NCBI GenBank assembly: GCA_012295275.1
Contig: CM022672.1
Location: 682,001-746,000, forward strand
DNA from: Chrysomallon squamiferum
Lineage: Eukaryota > Animalia > Mollusca
Direction of reading: 5' to 3'
DNA length: 64,000 bases
This document shows positions 1 to 13,252 of this stretch, piece by piece; within the stretch, counting starts at the first letter, position 1, and the number at the start of each line of letters is the position of its first letter. Under the pieces are notes generated by a model. That model was not told the DNA's origin, did no database searches, and worked only from the letters and a program-made list of their open reading frames with translations. The translations under genes and the position numbers were made by a program.

Positions 1-1918
1 CAAATTATGAACTACAAAATAAAACTGCTTTAGCAATAGGCAGTATTATAAGTCTCATTAAGACATAGCAAAGAGTTTGTTCTCTCACATTTTATTATTT
101 TTTACAAGTAAAGGTCAAAATATGCTATTCATCTATCAGACTGTTACTGCTGTACATTCATAAGCAGATTTTAAAATATTTCTAAGTCATATTTTTTTTA
201 ACTAACTGCAGCTTGACTAGGCATGTGATGTCTGTCTACTGATGTTTTGTCTGTAAGGTTGTTCATTTTTATTTAATGAAAATATTTCTTATTAAAACTT
301 TCACAGATATTAGATGATAAAATGTTAATTCGCAGACATTATTCACTCAAAAACTAAAGCATAAATTATTGCAAAACTAATTTACATCTTTCTTTTTTAA
401 AACTAATTTTTTATGTTTGTAGCATTTTTTTTTTTGGCGATTTTGCTACATGTTTGATAGCGAAACTGTTCTACTATACTGTAAGGATTAAAAACTACTA
501 ATAAAAGAAAGACAAAGAGCTGTTTTAGAAGATTCTACAGCATTATTTTGCAAAATAAATTAGTTTTAATTAATGTGCAGGTTGTTTTCTACAGCACTAT
601 TCCAAAGTTAAATGGCAAAAAACCTCAGAAATATCTAAACCATACCTCCTATTAGTCTAGTATGATTTGAAATTGTCTTTTGAATAAGCATACTTTAATT
701 ATTATTTTTTTAAATATATTCAGCTTGAATGCATGTTTCTATTTCCCCCCAACTTTCCCCTACTTGTCAGTGTGGTTACCTACAGAGTATGTATCTTGCT
801 GAACAGCAGTTAGTTTCAATTTGTGTGTTACTGTGTATTTGTTTTTCTTTTTTCTGGGTTACCAGTTGGGTTGTATTCAGTGCTTCTGAACTGACATTTT
901 TGTCAGTCTTACTTAAACTTTGTCAAGTCAGTACTGTGTGTACATGACAAATAAGGATATGCAAGCATTTGCATATGTATTTCTATTTCAAAACAATCTG
1001 ACTGGTGCAAACAGGATAACATAAACCAATAAAAATATGCAAAACATGTGACCTGTTTACTTATAAATTATATCATTATTATTATTTTTGTTGTAATTTT
1101 AACTACTGACACCTTTAACATACAAATAACAGCAGTGGAAATAGTTTATCTTATAAAATTTGAGTCTTTTAATAATTATTTTTATTTCCTGAGCAAAATG
1201 ATGAATATAAAACACAAATTTTTTAACCAGAAACATATCCTGAACAATTTTAGATGTACAGTGACTCAAATATCATAACTTCCTCACATTAAAACTTAGG
1301 CGTCTATGAGACAGACTGGCACAATTTTACAAACAGCTTGACAGCAAGACTGAACTTCAGCTTTGTGAGAGATTTAAACAAATTTACTTATTATCACATT
1401 AGAATATCTGCAAATATTGCAATTATATTAAGAGCAAAAGCTCTAAAAAAAAAAAAAAAAGTTACAACAAGTACTGCACTAATTTTCAGTGTCAATGTCA
1501 AGTTTTTAATGAAAGTTTCTATCAGCTATTACACGTGACAAACTACAAGATCTCCAAAACCTTACCCATTACATTTTATTTACTACATTTTTCTCAGACT
1601 GACTGAATCCTTTTCAACAAACCTAGTATGGGAAAACAAGAAAGATATCTGGTATTGTTTGTACATTATTAATGTACAGAAAATGTCAATCCACATTTAC
1701 ACGATAACAAGCTCAGTTCAAAAATAGGTGAATGCTAAGCTGGTAAATAAATTTAAAATGACCTTTAGAAAATTGTGTTCATACACCCTAATGGGCTCTG
1801 ACTGATGTTATGTGTAAGAGGGTAAAAATAATGGATGTAATAGAACGTCAAACTGCAGTTTACTAATTGTCTAGCTGTCACAGATACACTAACAACCAAA
1901 ATAAGTAAAAACACTTAC

Positions 1919-3679
1919 TGATTATCCCAAGATGCACCACCATCTGTTGTATTTCCAGAATGCAGTGTTTCCTGTGAAAAAAAATGGCACCTGAATAAGA
2001 CTGCTTGTAAATTTAAATATTTATTTATTTCTATATAAATGATAAACATGTATCATATTGACTATAATTAAACTATTTAAGCATTTAAAATTAAACACAC
2101 AGATTGATTTCTCACTGCAGGATACTTAGAAAACAAACATTATTTAATTTTTACAGATTAGCAACATTTCTCCATCGATAGCAAACAATCTTTTACATCA
2201 AAGATTATAGCAGCACATAGCACAATTAGACATTGTCTTATCTTAGACTGACAAGGTGCAAATGATTTGTCCTGTGTTAACATTCCCACAGAATAGCTGA
2301 AACTGTTGAAAACTATACATTCTGTTTCATTACCAACCTGGAGGCCAGTGAAGGATGTTGAGGAACCTGGCACATCACTTGAAAAACTAGTTGAACTGTC
2401 TAAAGCAAAAGTTTGTGAGTTGCTCTGTTCTGAACTAAACATAGGTTTATCTAGACTCTTAACATGCACCTCGGGGTCCAGCACATTAGGGTCATCTAAC
2501 ACCATGTATGGAACATCGTCCTGTTTCTCCTCTTTCACTACAACTGATGATGTCCCACCTTGATCTGCACTACTTGTTATTGTGTCACTGCCTGATACTG
2601 AAGTCCTGGTAAATTTAGAAGGGTAACTGCTACTCATCGAGTCTATATCACTTTGAGTACTAGATGCTATGTCCTTTGCTGCATCATAAAGAGCATCCAA
2701 ACTGGCATCCAGCTTTTCTGAAAACAACAAATGTTTAAAACTAAATCTACTCAATGAATTCTGATATTTGTTTTTTAATAATATAATTCTACAGAGCATA
2801 TCAGTTAGCAAAACATTAACATTACATATTTAGGTAATAATCTCTTTTGTCTCTAATTTTATTACTCATCAAAATAATATGACATTTTTTGTGATGTTTA
2901 TCTTTAAAAATAAATTTTTATGAATGGAAAGAGAAGATAATTAAGAAGAATGAGTGGAGATATTGAATTAGTAAAATAAAGTTGCTGTTACCTTTTTTAC
3001 TTGGTGTAAAATCATCAGAGACAGAGGACATTCTCTTATGAGTAGTTGACATGGACGATGATGACATCACAGTGTGCGACAGCTGAGATGAGCTTTCCAA
3101 AGCTGGCTGCTGACTAGAAAATGATGAATTATGGGATATACGATTTTGATCATCTTCATGCTGTTGAGAAAGAGCTGAATCATCAAACTGACTAACTGGA
3201 CTAGAATCATCAACTAATGAAATTGTTTCGTTTACTCTGCTGTCACTAGCTACTGATGTTGATGTTCTTGTCGGACGTCTGTGATGTGAAAAGTTCTGTC
3301 TGGGACGAATTCGGTTACTGCTGTACACACGACCAGACAGCCTGTCCTCACTGGGTGGGGAGTACTCTGTCTGACATGGACTGGACATTCTGTTACTTGT
3401 GTATCGATTTGTCTGTGGTGCCCGATTCTCAGTTCCGTATGTGTTGGCCTCTTTTCTGTGAGTTTTGAATGCTTTTGTACAGTAACTTTCACTAATCACA
3501 TGACCTGTGCTCTGTATCAGTTCACTCAACACATAACGCTCTTTTTTGAAATTGTCTATCTCCACAGCCAGGTAACCACTGAGCTCCACACCTTGATCAA
3601 ACTCCAGGTATTCCCTACACAACTTCTGCATGGCTTCAACAAATGAAGAAAAAAACTGAACAGAGTATTGCTTCTCCAT
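1919..3679 (-). CDS. Gene A (3'-incomplete): paralogue with the shared N-terminal domain and a Ser-rich linker; coding exons 3679-2992, 2717-2338, 1971-1919
   Basis: ATG at 3679 (MEKQYSVQFFSSFVEAMQKLCREYLEFDQGVELSGYLAVEIDNFKKERYVLSELIQ...ESYCTKAFKT). Donor G|GTAAC after 2992 (phase 1). Acceptor TTTTCAG| before 2717 continues EKLDASL. Donor CAG|GTTGGT after 2338 (phase 0). A 53-bp exon ETLHSGNTTDGGASWDN ends in |GTAAGT. No later exon was recognised in the window. Confidence 0.8.
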
Positions 3680-5850
3680 TTTCCTGTTGAAGTTTTAATT
3701 TAGCAATCTGAAAAGAAACATTCACACATTATCAATGCTAATTTTTAAAATGATTAACCTTAATTTTTATAAACTTTAAGAACAGAAAATTAAAATATGC
3801 ATTTTTAAATGTTTTCATTCATTGTTTCTACTTTAAATAATATATAAATACATACATTTACCTTAATTATGAAAATATGTGTGCACTGCAAAAAATAAAA
3901 TAAAAAAAATAAAAAATAAAAAATTAGAAATAATAAATAAACAAAATATATAAAAACATTATTTTTTTTTTTTTAAATAATATCTATACAATTTAAAGAA
4001 AAGATAAAATATGAAAGAAAAGAATAAAGCCCTAATAAAAAAAAAAGAATGTTAATCATTATTTGAAAGAGATAGTTTGAAAATTCTTAATTATAAATCA
4101 ATACTTTTGAAGTCTGTGTAATTATTCTGTAGAATTTATATTCTTTGTTGCATGGTATCCAGATTTCAACTTTATAGAAAAACATGTATTTATATTTTCA
4201 TAGATTTTTTTTAATTGGATGTAAACTTTTATCATCATCATCCATGGACTAATGATATATTTCATCTCTTTTCTTCAAATATAATAGCTGTTATTTTCTA
4301 CTAGTAAGCTTAAAATGTACACAGCATGTTTGTATCTCAGATTTTAAATATATTTGTGCAAATTATTCTCCATTTCTTTAATAATAATTTGTTTCAGTAA
4401 CAATTCAGAAAATTATTAACAATTGTTGCATAAAACATTATAAATGTACATTTTAAATTAATTTGGAAAGACCAGATTTAAATGTAATATACTGCAAAGA
4501 GCTTTTTCCAAGAAAGGGAGATATTTCAAAAACATTCAATTGATTAACCAAGTGAATTTCTATGAAGTTAATTAGTATCTGAAAATTTGACTATATTTTA
4601 TGTTTGGTGATATTTTTATTTGTTTTGATGTGGAAAAAAATAAGACCTAATAATAAAATTATATGTGAAACATTTTAGGAAGTTTCTATCTGTAATAGGC
4701 AACTCTGCAAGGAATGCAAAACAGATACTTTTATTTATGAAAATCAGATTTCAGTACTTAAACTGCAGTGAAACAAGTCAGAATGTTGTATTCAACACAA
4801 GCTAGAGGCTATATATGTTTGGTTTTGATTGGCTAATGCATTTTGCTTTATCTTATCCTATCCTGCAAGTGAATGTTATTTCTGTTTATCTCCTATGATT
4901 CAAGATTTATCTATTTTATAAACTAAATAAAAATTAAACTGAAATGAGGGGATTTATAATCATATTTGCTTGTGTCATTGTTTTAACTATGTCATATGCC
5001 AAATTTGTTCACAGTAAAACTTTATAAGCCAACCCCACATTATTACATAAAAAAGAGGAAATGTGACACACAAATTTCATTGGATTTAGCTGTAACTGTA
5101 AATTAAATGCTGTCGTTATAATCTTGTTTGTCCATTCCACTGCCATAAAATGATGAATAATTTATGACTAGAAGTAGAAATAAATGTTCTTTTAGAATTA
5201 TGAAAAGGGTAAAAATAACAGTTTTACTTTTAAATTGGTGGGTAAAAAAGTGAACAATGTGTGCTACTTTCGTGAAAAGTGGGCATCCCTGTTCATTGTA
5301 GCCACTCTCTTTTGTGGACTTTATACAAATTTTAAGCACAACTCATTATGATTAACTGTAAGTGTAACGAACAAGTTAACTAAGTTACTTCCCTTTAGTC
5401 TTTTAGATGCAATTCGTAACGAATTCAAAATAAATTTAGTCTCATCAAAGCAAACATCATTTATTTGTTTGTAATAATCAGGAACTGTTTTAATTCATAT
5501 AATTATTTCTTTATCATAGCGTGTGTAAAATTGAACACAGATAGTTGAGATATACTACACATCGTCAGATACATCATACAGACAGTGCACTAATATACTA
5601 GACTGGTACATGCTACAAATTATGTTACTAATATTATTAGGTACCAGTCGTTTTTCTATCATATTTTAACATAAAAGATAATCGCTTGTAATGATAAATT
5701 AGCCGTATTCAGATCAGTTAAAATCACTATTGAATATTTTATACATAATAACATCATACCTACATTAATTAAGATATTTGTTTCCCCACAAAATCTTTAT
5801 TTTTAAGACATCTTCCACGAAGAAGCTTTGTCTTTCCAGGAGACCATTTT

Positions 5851-5860
5851 GTCACGTGAT
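5851..5860. promoter_or_regulatory. GTCACGTG E-box in the putative promoter region of gene A
   Basis: gtcacgtgat lies just upstream of a candidate non-coding first exon (minus-strand donor-like sequence near 5757-5763). The same core occurs at 18550. Confidence 0.35.
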
Positions 5861-6863
5861 ATTTTAATGATATCATTTCCGTTCGATTCTGAATGTAGCG
5901 TGTAACAAATAAAGATATGCAAAATTAATAATAACTATTTATTTTTAATTTAATTTATTTATTTACCAGTCAATACTTATTATTATTTTCGTTTTGTAGA
6001 TTAAACTTAATACCGGTAATAATCAAATGTGCCTGAACAAATTAAATTCTTGAAACTCCATTTGTCTGAGTTTTGTTAACTTGGATCACCAATCAGATAT
6101 ATATCCCAAATTCGAAGACCAATTGGATATATATCCCAAAATATAATCAAAGATTTATAATTACTGGGCATGAGCTGGGTGGCATAGTTAAAACAAAAAT
6201 TAATAAATAAATAATAACTTCTAGGTGATATACAAAAATATATATTAATATGAATTTTAGTGAGTTGGGCCATTCAAAACATCCTGAATTCAGTACTATG
6301 AATAAACCCAAACAAACGTTTTCCACATAACAACAGCTGCTCACTGAATCAGTTAAAACATGGAAAAATGAAATATCTGTGTAAAATTTCTGACAAATCA
6401 AATGCTCTATACCCATTAACCAGAGTCCCAAAACACCCTTGATGTTTGAGCTATGAATTAGCCGTAGTGGCCAAAATATTAGGCCTATGTAGCTAGTATG
6501 ACCTGGAAATGATGAAAAAAAAAAAAAAAAAAAAGTGACCATTTTTTTCTTTCTTTATTCCTTCTTCTTCTTAAGTTCAAAATTAACCGAATTAGAGTAA
6601 CATTGTAGTATTGAAACCTGTAAACACAAAATACAACTACAACTAATTAGCTAAGTAATTTAAAAAAATAAATAATAAGGTTAAAAAAAATGAAAAAGAA
6701 AGAAAAGGAAAGAAAAAAATAAATCTTAACACTCACCTTTCAATTGTGATTTATTAATTTCATTAACATGGAATGCTAACAGTAACAATTTTTGTGGAAT
6801 CCTACAAACTAGTTCTTTCTTTCTTTATCTATTTAATAAATAAGCTTCATGTTTTTGAGTGAG

Positions 6864-6914
<51 letters not shown>

Positions 6915-7754
6915 AACAACTAAAAAACAACAACAAACATAACAACAGCTATTAAAATTCATTAACAAACTACTAACATAGGAAACAAAGTTTTAGATTG
7001 TTCTGACTGGTGTACATGTCCTGAATGATTTGGTTGAATTCTTGCGAATATCCTGAAAGAGTATATAACAGATGTATAAAAATATCGTAGCATAAAGTCA
7101 TTTCTGATAATTTTTGAAATGTTACCTATATTAATTATTGTGTTACAACCTCTCGTCTAAAATTTAGTAAAAATAATATTTGTTATAATTTTATACAAGT
7201 ACAATAAACTATAAATGGTCCCCAAAATTGTAATATTAGCATATATGAAATTATGATTATGCACTAAAGAAAGAAAAAAATCTAAAATATTTAAACTGAA
7301 ATCTGAATAAAATTTTACTAATTGCAGATTTAGTTTAAGTAATTACTTGAAAGACAAAACAAAGGTAGAGACATTATTATGTTAACGTTATGCCCATTCG
7401 TGTTTTCAGGATATTAAAATGACATCAACAATGCCACTTGAGTAAATAAGGTAGATGTAGACATCTGGAGGTAAACAGCTGAGAGAAAGATCAGTGGGAC
7501 AAACTGGAAGTGTAATGGAAAGAAACCACCTGGCAGACAACAGGATAAGACTGGAAAATGTAGAAACATAAATGCTGAGGCTTTTTGCTGAAAAACAACA
7601 CACTGGCTACACAATGTGTATGTGCATTTTGCTCTTATTGTCAGATTATTTCCAATAAAATTGTGTAGCAGATCAGAAAAAACAAAAATGGAAATACAAA
7701 AATTATATGGTTCTTTCAATGCCAGTGGGGAAAAAAAAAACACCTAAAAAAACA

Positions 7755-7925
7755 ATCACTCGGATAATGGAAGTGGAAACCTGTTGCTGCCTATTTCATG
7801 GGTTGCTCTTTCCATTTAGCAACATGGGACCGATGATATGCACCATTGCACGGACAGAGCGTTAGTTATAAATGACTTCCTTCAGTTACATTTTAGTTAC
7901 CCCAGTTGTTGTACTGGCTAGAACA
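7755..7925. mobile_element. Degraded SINE-like interspersed repeat fragment
   Basis: GC-richer island (ggaaacctgttgctgcc...catgggttgctctttccatttagcaac...tatgcacc...gtactggctagaac). From memory it resembles an abundant gastropod SINE-like repeat; this cannot be verified without a repeat-library search. Confidence 0.35.
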
Positions 7926-9625
7926 TACAAAGTAAATAACAAAAATTGTTCAGTTACAATACAAATACCATGAAAATGTGTTTATTTGTTTAATGTCCAT
8001 ATAATTATACAATTGTTTTATATGAATTATGTTAGTCTGATTATGCAGCTAGATGAAAAAATATATAAATCATTCAAACAGTTATGTAAAATTGTAAGTA
8101 TCGGAAATACAAGAAAATACTCTATCCCCCAAAAAACATGTCTTTACAAATAGTGTATAATCAGGACAATAATATAAGCATCTGACATGAATAATAATTT
8201 ACAAATCTTATTTTATTTTTTTTTTTTTTTTTTTTTTTATATCTATAAATGAAATGTTTAAAACATTTTAATAAAAAATTGTGTTGTTATTTACTGAATT
8301 GTTACAAACTGCACATGATGTTCAATAAATAACAAATAAACTTAGGTTTTCTAAATGCATCCATTTCAGTGTGGTAGAAAGTGCCCACACATACATCAGG
8401 ATGCTTTGATGCCATTTATAAAAAGAAATGTTGATGAAGGATTAGAAAATCCCCTTCATGTGTGTACATTATACACTTTCTACTGACATTCCCAAAGATT
8501 ACAAGTATTTAATTAATAAAACATGTAAAATGTATTTTAATTCATTATGCTGATACAATACAATAGATTCTATTTTGATAATGATGAAAATCATTTATTT
8601 TAATAATGGTGATTGTGTAATGAATGCTATACTGGTAATGTAAAAAATATATAAACATGAATGTTAGTATCAACATTTTGTATCAATGTATGAAGTTTAG
8701 GGACATTGCAATGTCCATTTACAAAAATAGTTATATCTGAAGCATATTTTTCTCCCCAGTAAACCTGGAAACTACATAATGTTTAACACTGATTCGTCTT
8801 ATTGTATTGAAATATTTGTTCTACATTAGCAACATTTTCTTTGAATTTTGAGATCTGTAGTTAATTATGTATAACAGTATTTCATATTTAGTTATAATTA
8901 TCCTTTATTATTAGTTTAAAATTTAATGACATCACTACAACTTAGCTTTCTTTAATCAGGTACTAGATACCTAGTAATGTAAAAAATTATAATAGTTTAT
9001 TATAGTTAATGCTGTTTTATTACATTACTGTGATTATTATTATTATTGTTAATATTGATATAATGTCTCTTTTATCTGTAATGAAGTGCTATGCAATTAT
9101 TAAACTGTACAGAGGACCCAACACACAGATTTATGACCAATCCCACTACGACAAAAAACTTGTGATAAATACACTTTAATATAACACTACTGATTCAAAC
9201 TACAAAGCTACATGTTATTAAAGCAAACACAAATAAGCTGAAAACAAGTTTACATATTTCACTAACATTTAAAAAAATATGGGCGAGATGTCATATACAT
9301 GGTTCAAAAAGAAAAATGATAAAAGATATGATCCCCAACCAGTGAAAAAACAATAAAACACCCTTCCAAAAATAAAAATAATTAAAGAAAGTAAAAAACA
9401 TTTACAATAATAAAATAATATTGCTATTGTAAATAATTTTATTTGTATTTAAAGGTAACCCCAATTAATTACTGATACAATTACCCCCCAAATTATTTTT
9501 TAATTGTATTTTTAACAAATCTGTAATTGAACAAAACCAAAAAAAAGTAAAAAAGTAAAATTTCCATTCGTTTTACTTCTAAAATAAAAATTTAATAAAA
9601 ATAACGTGACAAAGGAAATGAAAAA

Positions 9626-9670
<45 letters not shown>

Positions 9671-10030
9671 AACAGTAAATAAGTATTTTTTATGAACTTT
9701 ACAGATTACATATTAAAAAATGTTCACTGGATGTATAATAATAAACTGCTATTACAACTCAACACTAGTACAAAAAAACCCACCCCAAAAACATATCAAG
9801 ACATTTTTACTATTTTTGCTGCAATGATCTTCTAAAACAATTTTTCATCAGTTTTCATCTCACTTTTTTCATATTTTCCAGTTGTACAAAATCATCATTT
9901 TTTTTTTTTTTAAACCATTCCTTTGCAATAATATTTGTGGAATTTTAAATATATTTTTGTTATTTTGATTATATTTTTTAATATAAAACTTTATTTATTT
10001 ATTTATTTTTTCAGATGTTTTCCCAGTTGT

Positions 10031-13000
10031 TCACTGTTTAGTTTGTTGTGATATTTTCTTAGCCGACATAATTTTCTTTGCTGCTATTTTTGAACATCCT
10101 ACTTCTTCCTGTACTTCGCCTGCTACTTTGCGATCAGACTTGAAAGCTGTGTAGAAGAGTGAGTCCAAGAGAGATTTCTGTGATTCGGACAGCTTGTGTC
10201 GGGGGATTCCTTTCTGTGCAAGTTTAACTAGCTCAGCTTTTGACTTGCAGTCAAATATTTTCAACAATTTCTCAAGTTGCTTCTGTGTGCCAATTGGCTG
10301 TTCTTCCTCCACACTATCATCATCATCTTCATCATCTTCACTCATCTTGGCAGCTTCTGCTGACACTGTTGTAGCAGTATCTTCAGTCAGCTCACTTTCA
10401 TCTAATGGCTCAGTTTTAATATAATCCTCACCCTGTTAGTAAAGAAACATTTCCAAATTTGTATAAAAGATGCACTTCACCATCTTTCCAACTTTAATAT
10501 TAATCCTGAAGAATATAAACTGAAGATAAATAAAAACTGTATACATTTATCTGAATTTTCAATTCTTAGAAGAGTAATTTTGCTGTCTAAAGATGAATCT
10601 TAAAAGAAATAATTTTGAATTTGTCTTATTAAATTAAAGAGTAAAAATGAAGTAATGAAAAGAAATAATTATATGAATTTTCTCATTGTAATTTTAGTAT
10701 AACTAGAGATGAAGTAGTGAAACTCACAATGTCAGAACAGAGAGGACACACCCAGGGTTTACTGCCACTGACATGATGAACGAGACAGTTTTCATGATAC
10801 ACTCCATCACAACTACTACACACCACAACTGGTCTGTCAGTGCCAATTGTCTTACACACAGGACACTTTGGTGCATCATTCTGAAATAAGTAAAAATCTG
10901 AAAATTTTCTAAATAAAACTGGTCTCTCCATAATTCATTCTTTTACTCATAGGTACATAGACATAAATCACAAAAAAACAGATAAAAATAAAAGAAAACA
11001 AAATCTACTCATGATATAGCTATTTTTCCAGGGTTCATACACCTTGGGCTGTAAAAATTTCCAAAACTTTCCATAGCCCACAAATCCAAATTTCCAAAAC
11101 CATTTCCAGGCAAACTCAATAACAACAAAGTGGGGATTTTTGGCAGTTATTAGACATGTTTGTCAAAGTTAAAACTTTTACCATAGCTAAACTGCATGGT
11201 ATACATGTAGGATTACTAGTAACAAAACATATATGTAATTTATTTGGCATTTCAAAAATACAGTTTTATTCTTGGAAGGCAGACTGACAGAATATACTAC
11301 AGAAGTACTGCTTCACAAAAAGTTGTCATGTTCCTTTCTTCTTTTTCAATTAATAACCTAAACCTTTAATATGCCCCAAATCCTATTGCTTATGAGTGTT
11401 TTGGTCTGAATTATCAATTGGACTTTTTTTTCATTTTATTATTTTACAATTTACAACCTCAATTTCAAGTGGTTTTATTTTGCTATTACAGTCTTCCTGA
11501 ACTATTAGATTTAGTCAAAACTTTTCATTGGCTAGGCTATAACGGCACCTCATTCATTATATTGACTTAAATGGGGCATTAGGTTCAGGCTAAATATTGA
11601 TGAAACAAAACAAATTTCATACATTTTATTTTCAGCAAGGACATAATTTTCCATAATGTTTCCTAGCCATGGTAACAAAATCTGATTTTTCAAAAACTTT
11701 CAAGGTCCTGGAAAACAGTGTGCCAAATTTACAAAATGCATATGAACCTGTTTTCACATTTGTTTCAATGTTATAATGTGAAAATAAAAACATATTTCAC
11801 AAAATTATTTAAAACAAGTGAGAAAAAAAAAAAATGTTTTTGTATTATTATATCATTTATTCTGGTATTTTTTTACTTTTATTTTTTTGTCATTTTATTT
11901 AGAGGCACAATAATCACAGTTAATCAAAGAACAAATCTTTAGGAATTATTTCGAGCAGTTTATTTATTTATAAATAAATGTACCAGACCTGAGCCAGAAC
12001 AATGCAGTCAGATTTTGATTTCTCTATGTCACTGGGAAACAGCCGCACTCTGGAAATACCTGTACAAACCAATGTATACAAATGATTGACAATAATAATC
12101 ATTATTAAAAAACAAAAAAACTAAAAACTAAAAAATATTTTTAACAAGAAAAAAAAAGAAGAGAAAAAAATAATATATATATATATATATATATTATGTG
12201 AGCATAAGCCATTTTAATTATAAAATGATAATTATAGTAATTAATAATAATAAATGTAATAACACTAAAGTATTCCTTCTTACTTAGTTTTCATAACAGA
12301 CCTAGTAATTTTAGAAGATATGAATAATTTAGAGAGAGAGAGAGAGATCAAATAAAATAAAACACAAATAAATCTGATAAATAAAAAATTAAATTATTTC
12401 AAAATGAACTAACCTGGTCCAGTTTTCTTAGTCATATGTCTGTAAGATAAAACAAATCTGTGTATTTTTAAAAAAAAGATAAAAATGGTAAGAAAATATT
12501 AATGTCATGAATACATAAAATAAATATTTAAAGACATAAACACTGATTAGCATTAACAGTTATTATGTTTCTAGCTTTACATGAAAAATCAAATGAAGCA
12601 ACAACAATGGATTTATTCAAGTAAGCAAGAAAGAACATGTAATGAACATGGTTGGAGTGGAAAACTGACTGACAAAACGGAATTCTTTGGATTCAAAGTT
12701 CACAGATTACCAAATATTATTAACACTGACAAATAACTGTTATCTCAATCTTTGCTAAGTCAGTTAATGATAAACAAATTTAACTATTGCTGCTGAAAGT
12801 TCACACTACAGAGTAATATCAGAGGTTGATGAAGGTATTCCAGTGAAGTTACCATAATTTGACTGTTAATGTGACTAGCACATGACCAAATCATCACCTG
12901 TTGATAATGTGAAATTCAACTGACCAGTCACTGTTTATATAAATGTTTTCCTTAAGGTTTAGCTCTAATAGTTGTAACTAACTCCTAAACACACTTCGTT

Positions 13001-13203
13001 ACAATTTTACAATTACTGTCATTATTATTTTTTTGATAAAAATAAAATAATCAATTTACAAAACTAAATTAGGCTATTAGTAGACATAATGAGAGGTAAA
13101 CTTTTAAAAAGAAATAAAAATAACAATAGTTGTAAGTGTAAACCTATGTCTTAACTACTTGCTGCTGTTATTAAAGTTAATGTGAAACAAACAAAAATAT
13201 AAC

Positions 13204-13252
<49 letters not shown>

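Noticed and set aside
6076-7743. Short ORFs and splice-like sites between genes A and B
   Set aside because: No recognisable domain and no consistent exon chain. They could be UTR or non-coding exons but cannot be supported.
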